This document shows positions 59,938-64,000 of a DNA stretch of 64,000 bases, piece after piece. Both the position numbers and the translations under genes were made by a program. Every line of letters begins with the position of its first letter. Position 1 is the stretch's first letter. Location: the sequence record NC_052654.1. The stretch is one strand, 5' to 3'. A model generated the notes under the pieces. The model did not search any database, was not told the origin of the DNA, and worked only from the letters and a program-made list of their open reading frames with translations. Source of the stretch: Escherichia phage vB_EcoM-Ro121c4YLVW.

Positions 59938-60417
59938 TTAGTCCTTCTTGACTTTAACGCCCATTGCGCCTATACTCAAACCTTTAAGAACGCCGTCTTT
60001 ACGAGCTTGATATAATTCAGGGTCGTTGAATTGGATTTTAACGAGGGGAGTTCCTTCCACAACGAGTTCGTCACCAATGTAACAATCGACTTCATTTACC
60101 CAAGCTTTAATTGGAGAAAACTTATCGGTGTTCTTCATGTGACCAAGATTACCACTAATATTGGTAATATTCTCATTGAAGTTGTCAACCATCTTCCTGA
60201 TTTCCAAATCAGACATGCGCTCTCCGTGGAGATCGTCTTCTTCAGGTGGACAATACAAGACCTCAATAACCTGCATCTTTTCTTCATCAAATTTATTTTG
60301 TTTGACTAGAGTTTCAGGTTTTTGAGATGGTATAGAATCTTGTTGGGATTCAGAATTCTCTTTAAAACCAGCGAAGGTTTTGAAGAGTTCCCACAGTGTA
60401 TCTTTATTGAGTTCCAT
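59938..60417 (-). CDS. XkdF-like putative prohead serine protease
   Basis: DLHGERMSDLEIRKMVDNF...GHMKN....IKAWVNE...GTPLVKIQFNDPELYQARKDGVLKGLSIGAMG matches the XkdF-type pattern. Confidence 0.6.
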   Translation of the reverse strand: MELNKDTLWELFKTFAGFKENSESQQDSIPSQKPETLVKQNKFDEEKMQVIEVLYCPPEEDDLHGERMSDLEIRKMVDNFNENITNISGNLGHMKNTDKFSPIKAWVNEVDCYIGDELVVEGTPLVKIQFNDPELYQARKDGVLKGLSIGAMGVKVKKD

Positions 60418-60453
60418 TTGAAACCTCTTAAAAACAGATATCCCATAAATCTT

Positions 60454-60482
60454 AGTCTACAGGATATTTGTTGTTTTGTCAA
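60454..60482 (-). promoter_or_regulatory. Sigma70-like promoter upstream of the protease/scaffold/capsid genes
   Basis: Minus strand reads TTGACA (60482-60477), 17 nt spacer, TAGACT (60459-60454). Confidence 0.5.
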
Positions 60483-60510
60483 TAGAAAAATTAAAAAATA
60501 TTAAATATTT

Positions 60511-62076
60511 TTAATTCGACAGGTTTTGTGCTGAAGGATCTAAAGCAGAAACAGTATCAGATGTTCCAGTTCCCGCTGTAGCTAAACCATCTCCTGATCG
60601 TGAAGTTTTATCAGGCATATAGTTATCCATGAATTCAAAGAATTTCTCTTTATTGGCAACAATATCGTCAGGGATGCGATATTCAAAACCAATTTTTTCA
60701 AGGAACTCGTTAATAACTTCTGGGGTTAAAGGTATTGCACCAGAGGCTACCAACTGCTGAATAGCTTTAGCATTTACTTCAATATCAGGATCACCCATTT
60801 CACCACTGACAAACTTAGGCATATCTTCATCAGAAAGGAAGATATTGTTTAGTCGTAGTGTTTGAGGGATCAGTTGAGAGTTTATAGCTTCTACAACAAT
60901 ATCTACATCTCGCTCAATAAAATGAGACAATAGTGTTTGTTTGTTGTCAGAAAGCGCAAAACTTCCTGCATCACCATCACCCATAATCAACACACCCGCA
61001 CCAAAGCGGTTATAAATATCTAGCTTGCGTTGTTTGATTAGTGCTTGAGTGTCAAACTGTTTACCCGTGCCATCAACACCTTGGAATACAAGATCGTATT
61101 GACGCATCACTGTGCCTTCATAAACGTCTGAAGGCAATACCATGTAGGCTTGCTCACCAGAGTGCAGGTTAGCGATGTTGGCTTGGAGAACTCGAAGAGA
61201 TTGTGCTTCATCCCCAGCAGGATCTAAAGATGCCCTGTTTAGAATGTCACTTGGAACCTTAAGAACTGGCATACCGCCTAAATCTTTAGATACCCCAATA
61301 ACCTCAAATTCCTGAATAAGAGATTTTTCACGCCAGCTACGATATACAGCTAAAAGCGGACTAACTCCTAGTGGGTTATTCTCTGTAATGTTACTACCAA
61401 CAAATAAAACTTTACTGAAAGGAATTTCTTTAATACCAGTTTCTAAAGTTGTATTACCTGGAGCTAACATCGTATTGGTGATATTCTGGTTAACAGATAG
61501 AATAGAACGTCCGTCTGCCGAATATGTAAAAGGTTGAGCCATGTGAAGAGTGTCTTGTGGTCTAAAAGCCAGTTTGGTCAATCGCCAATACCCAAAGTAA
61601 GGACTTTTAGGATCTTCATCCAACTCATAAACTTTCTCTGCGAATGCAAAACCATATTGCTTATATGTCAAAAGTGATCTAACATATTGACGTAGAGGGG
61701 CTTGCATATTGCGTAACATGTAATCAATAAACTTAGCAGCTTTTCTTGACTTTGCCGAGTTTACATTGTATTTTATCTTGAAATCAAAGAATGCTCTATC
61801 TACAAAGATATATGTAGCGTCAAGAGCAGTAGCTACATCAGGGTCTTCACCCATCTCTTTAAAAGTGCGAATACATTCTGGGAAACGAGTCTCATAAGGT
61901 TGCATGAAATTCGTAAATGCTTTGATTGAGTTTAATCCGATCGTTCCTATTTCAGGTGACAGGAGTAACGTTTTCTCTTTCTCTGCCTCTTTTGTTGGAG
62001 AGAGAGCAGCTTTATTTGCAGCACCTTTGTCCCAGTATTCTGACTTTTTAGTGTACGTTCTTTTTCCTGTTGACAC
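60511..62076 (-). CDS. Portal protein
   Basis: 521 aa with a GTG start, directly downstream of the terminase large subunit and upstream of the protease. Confidence 0.8.
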   Translation of the reverse strand: MSTGKRTYTKKSEYWDKGAANKAALSPTKEAEKEKTLLLSPEIGTIGLNSIKAFTNFMQPYETRFPECIRTFKEMGEDPDVATALDATYIFVDRAFFDFKIKYNVNSAKSRKAAKFIDYMLRNMQAPLRQYVRSLLTYKQYGFAFAEKVYELDEDPKSPYFGYWRLTKLAFRPQDTLHMAQPFTYSADGRSILSVNQNITNTMLAPGNTTLETGIKEIPFSKVLFVGSNITENNPLGVSPLLAVYRSWREKSLIQEFEVIGVSKDLGGMPVLKVPSDILNRASLDPAGDEAQSLRVLQANIANLHSGEQAYMVLPSDVYEGTVMRQYDLVFQGVDGTGKQFDTQALIKQRKLDIYNRFGAGVLIMGDGDAGSFALSDNKQTLLSHFIERDVDIVVEAINSQLIPQTLRLNNIFLSDEDMPKFVSGEMGDPDIEVNAKAIQQLVASGAIPLTPEVINEFLEKIGFEYRIPDDIVANKEKFFEFMDNYMPDKTSRSGDGLATAGTGTSDTVSALDPSAQNLSN

Positions 62077-62145
62077 TTGTTCCTCCAGTCAGGTATAAAA
62101 TCGTTAAGGCAAGGCTGTATTATATACAACCTCACCTATCTAGTT

Positions 62146-62174
62146 ATAATACACTTTAAAGTGACTTTTGTCAA
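62146..62174 (-). promoter_or_regulatory. Sigma70-like promoter upstream of the portal gene
   Basis: Minus strand reads TTGACA (62174-62169), 17 nt spacer, TATTAT (62151-62146). Confidence 0.5.
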
Positions 62175-62177
62175 CAA

Positions 62178-64000
62178 TTATCTTTTACGGACACTATACG
62201 GTTGGTGAAATCCGCTGTTCATTCTACTGTATCCTGTAGGAGCATTTGTTGTTGCAGGGATAGCTACTGCTTTGAAAGTATTCTCTTTTGACAGAGTATT
62301 GAAACAAGAAGCAGCAGCATCGGGAATGTCATCTTTAATAGTGGCTGTAGATCTTTCACCATTGAAAGATTCCAATTCTTTATAAAAGTGGGTTAAAGTT
62401 TCCACATTAGGGAAAGAATCTTCAACAATATAAACAAAACCGTTTTGACACGCACTACTAAAAGGCATAAAACGCTGAAGCTTTTTCTTGTTGCCTGGCA
62501 TAGCATCTGGTTTAACAACAAAACCCTCTAGAATAAGTTTCTTTGCAGACTCTGTATATTCTATTGTCCCAGCACCAGATGGGTCTTTAGGAAGAACTAC
62601 TGTAACTTCTGGTCCATCAATCTTACATTGATTTAGAATCAGGTTATCCCTTTCCCCAGGTAATCTTCGAAACCTTCCGAAAATTTTACTTTTCTCATCC
62701 ACAGCATCATAATCATAGTCACCAAAGATGTAGATATTACCATCTTGGTCTTTACCCATTTTGACAGATGTTGTATAGTCTGGATAACGATAAGTTTCTG
62801 TAGGAACTGAAACAGCTTTATCCCATGCTCGCATTAGTTTAAGATTATTAGGAACATCTTTATAAGATATCTTATGCAACCATTCACGTTGGAAGAAAGA
62901 CTCTTTCTGTATACGTGCAAACCAACAGCCGTCCAAGAGTTGTGCTCTTTTGATTGCTGTTTGTGATTTAAGCTGTGCTAAATAATTAGGGTTAAGCCTA
63001 ATCAATTCTGGGTTATCAAATATTGTCCCACCGATAAATACGAAAGTTTGTGGTTCAATAACAACTGTCTCCCCTGTATTAGGGTTTTCCATGAAACAGT
63101 TTTCTGGATATTTTTCTTTCAGTTCTTCAGGTGTGTCAGCAAAAACAGGTTCATCGTTAACAATGATGAAATATTTTTGTTTACCACACATATCTTCTCT
63201 AGGATAACCGCCCTCATCGAGATAAGGTAGTACCCAATTCAAAACCCAACTATCTGCATCGGGGTTACATGTGCACAACATGAAGCTTGTTTCTGATTCT
63301 GAACGCATACGTCCCAGAAGATAGAGCATTTCATACTGTGTGAAGTGGGTTAACTCGTCAAAACCTACCATTGAATACTGTGTACCCTGATGGTTTGTTT
63401 CTGCGGTTACGTTATCGTTTTCCAAATGGTCAAATTTGAGGGTTCCGCCGCCAGTGGCTTCAAAAATGATATCCATTGTACTTTCTTTTACGTGTGGTTG
63501 TAAAGGAAGATACAAACGTTTTGCTTCTGTAAACAGACCACCTGGTTTACGGTGAGCAGTGGTGTTCTTACGGAAAAGTATTCCACCAAACAAAGGGTCT
63601 TTGTAGGCGTATTTTAAAGCTTTCAGCAATAGCAGACGAGACTTGCCGCTATTCCCAGTAACGAAGCAGTGATCGCCACGTCTAAAGACAATATAGCTGC
63701 TTGGAGTCTCAAAACAATATTTCTTATCATCTGTTGAAATAACCTCGTGTATTTTTAAGTAAGTGCTCTTTTTACCAGGTATGTTAAAAGGAACACGTTT
63801 ACCGAATGGATTTTCTACATAACCTTGCAGGGGTTTTCCTATTTGCTGTAATGCAATAAGATCTCCTACAAGAATCTCGAAATGTTTCTTTGATTTCTTT
63901 TTCTTATAGAATACAAAACGGTGTTCCATACTAAGTTCTTGGAACAATCCTACACCATTTGTTATTCTGTATAGATTATCTCCATTTAAATCGTATTCTA
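62178..64000 (-). CDS. Terminase large subunit (5' end outside window)
   Basis: P-loop ..SGKSRLLLL, Walker B MVGFDELTHF, coupling motif CTCNPD, and a C-terminal nuclease half. The frame stays open upstream of the track's TTG (63947) to the window edge. Confidence 0.9.
   Translation of the reverse strand, partial: EYDLNGDNLYRITNGVGLFQELSMEHRFVFYKKKKSKKHFEILVGDLIALQQIGKPLQGYVENPFGKRVPFNIPGKKSTYLKIHEVISTDDKKYCFETPSSYIVFRRGDHCFVTGNSGKSRLLLLKALKYAYKDPLFGGILFRKNTTAHRKPGGLFTEAKRLYLPLQPHVKESTMDIIFEATGGGTLKFDHLENDNVTAETNHQGTQYSMVGFDELTHFTQYEMLYLLGRMRSESETSFMLCTCNPDADSWVLNWVLPYLDEGGYPREDMCGKQKYFIIVNDEPVFADTPEELKEKYPENCFMENPNTGETVVIEPQTFVFIGGTIFDNPELIRLNPNYLAQLKSQTAIKRAQLLDGCWFARIQKESFFQREWLHKISYKDVPNNLKLMRAWDKAVSVPTETYRYPDYTTSVKMGKDQDGNIYIFGDYDYDAVDEKSKIFGRFRRLPGERDNLILNQCKIDGPEVTVVLPKDPSGAGTIEYTESAKKLILEGFVVKPDAMPGNKKKLQRFMPFSSACQNGFVYIVEDSFPNVETLTHFYKELESFNGERSTATIKDDIPDAAASCFNTLSKENTFKAVAIPATTNAPTGYSRMNSGFHQPYSVRKR
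63651..64000 (-). mobile_element. Possible C-terminal part of an intein inserted in the TerL P-loop (hypothesis)
   Basis: ..KYCFETPSSYIVFRRGDHCFVTGN|SGKS aligns without gaps to the polymerase intein end ..VWCPQTELGTWVMRQKDCITITGN|C, with 8 of 24 residues identical including the terminal TGN. A Ser is at +1 and the GKS of Walker A follows directly. Confidence 0.4.

Noticed and set aside
63945-63947. TTG proposed by the ORF track as the TerL start codon.
   Set aside because: The frame continues without a stop to the window edge (..EYDLNGDNLYRITNGVGL-FQELS..), and no RBS precedes the TTG. The gene is 5'-truncated by the window.

Overview
The window is a contiguous piece of a large, visibly AT-rich, contractile-tailed phage genome. 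It has enterobacterial-style sigma70 promoters. Its organisation recalls rV5/phi92-type myoviruses, but that is inference only, since no database search was possible.

Bases 1-25.9 kb are plus-strand early, auxiliary and replication genes. In order: the 3' part of nrdD, nrdG, a coupled unknown/HAD/PRTase/macro-domain operon, and a Ter/TelA-type gene set (TerC, SprT-like, TelA-like, TerF-type vWA, TerD) interspersed with about 10 orphan ORFs. These are followed by a secreted SleB-like hydrolase, four glycosyltransferases, a T7 gp4-like primase-helicase, an N6-adenine methyltransferase, a family A DNA polymerase split by a 245-aa intein, a minimal CCA/poly(A)-type nucleotidyltransferase, and an SSB.

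A bidirectional terminator (25871-25900) separates this from the minus-strand late block (25.9-64 kb). Read right to left, that block holds TerL (5' end off-window), portal, XkdF-like protease, scaffold, decoration protein, lambda-E-like capsid protein and neck proteins. Then come sheath, tube, a tail chaperone with a -1 frameshift, tape measure, hub, spike, gp25-like and J-like baseplate proteins, and at least six fibre, spike or enzyme genes.

I saw no rRNA, tRNA, CRISPR array, integrase or transposase.

The most interesting observations are:
- the phage-borne Ter/TelA-type system with its linked PRTase/HAD/macro operon
- a duplicated two-gene cassette feeding into the vWA and TerD genes
- the polymerase intein, and a possible second intein in TerL
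- host-SSB C-terminal tip mimicry on both the SSB and a neighbouring nucleotidyltransferase
- a tailspike docking module that is split and redistributed among the receptor-binding genes

All family calls come from motifs read by eye and need HMM or structure confirmation.
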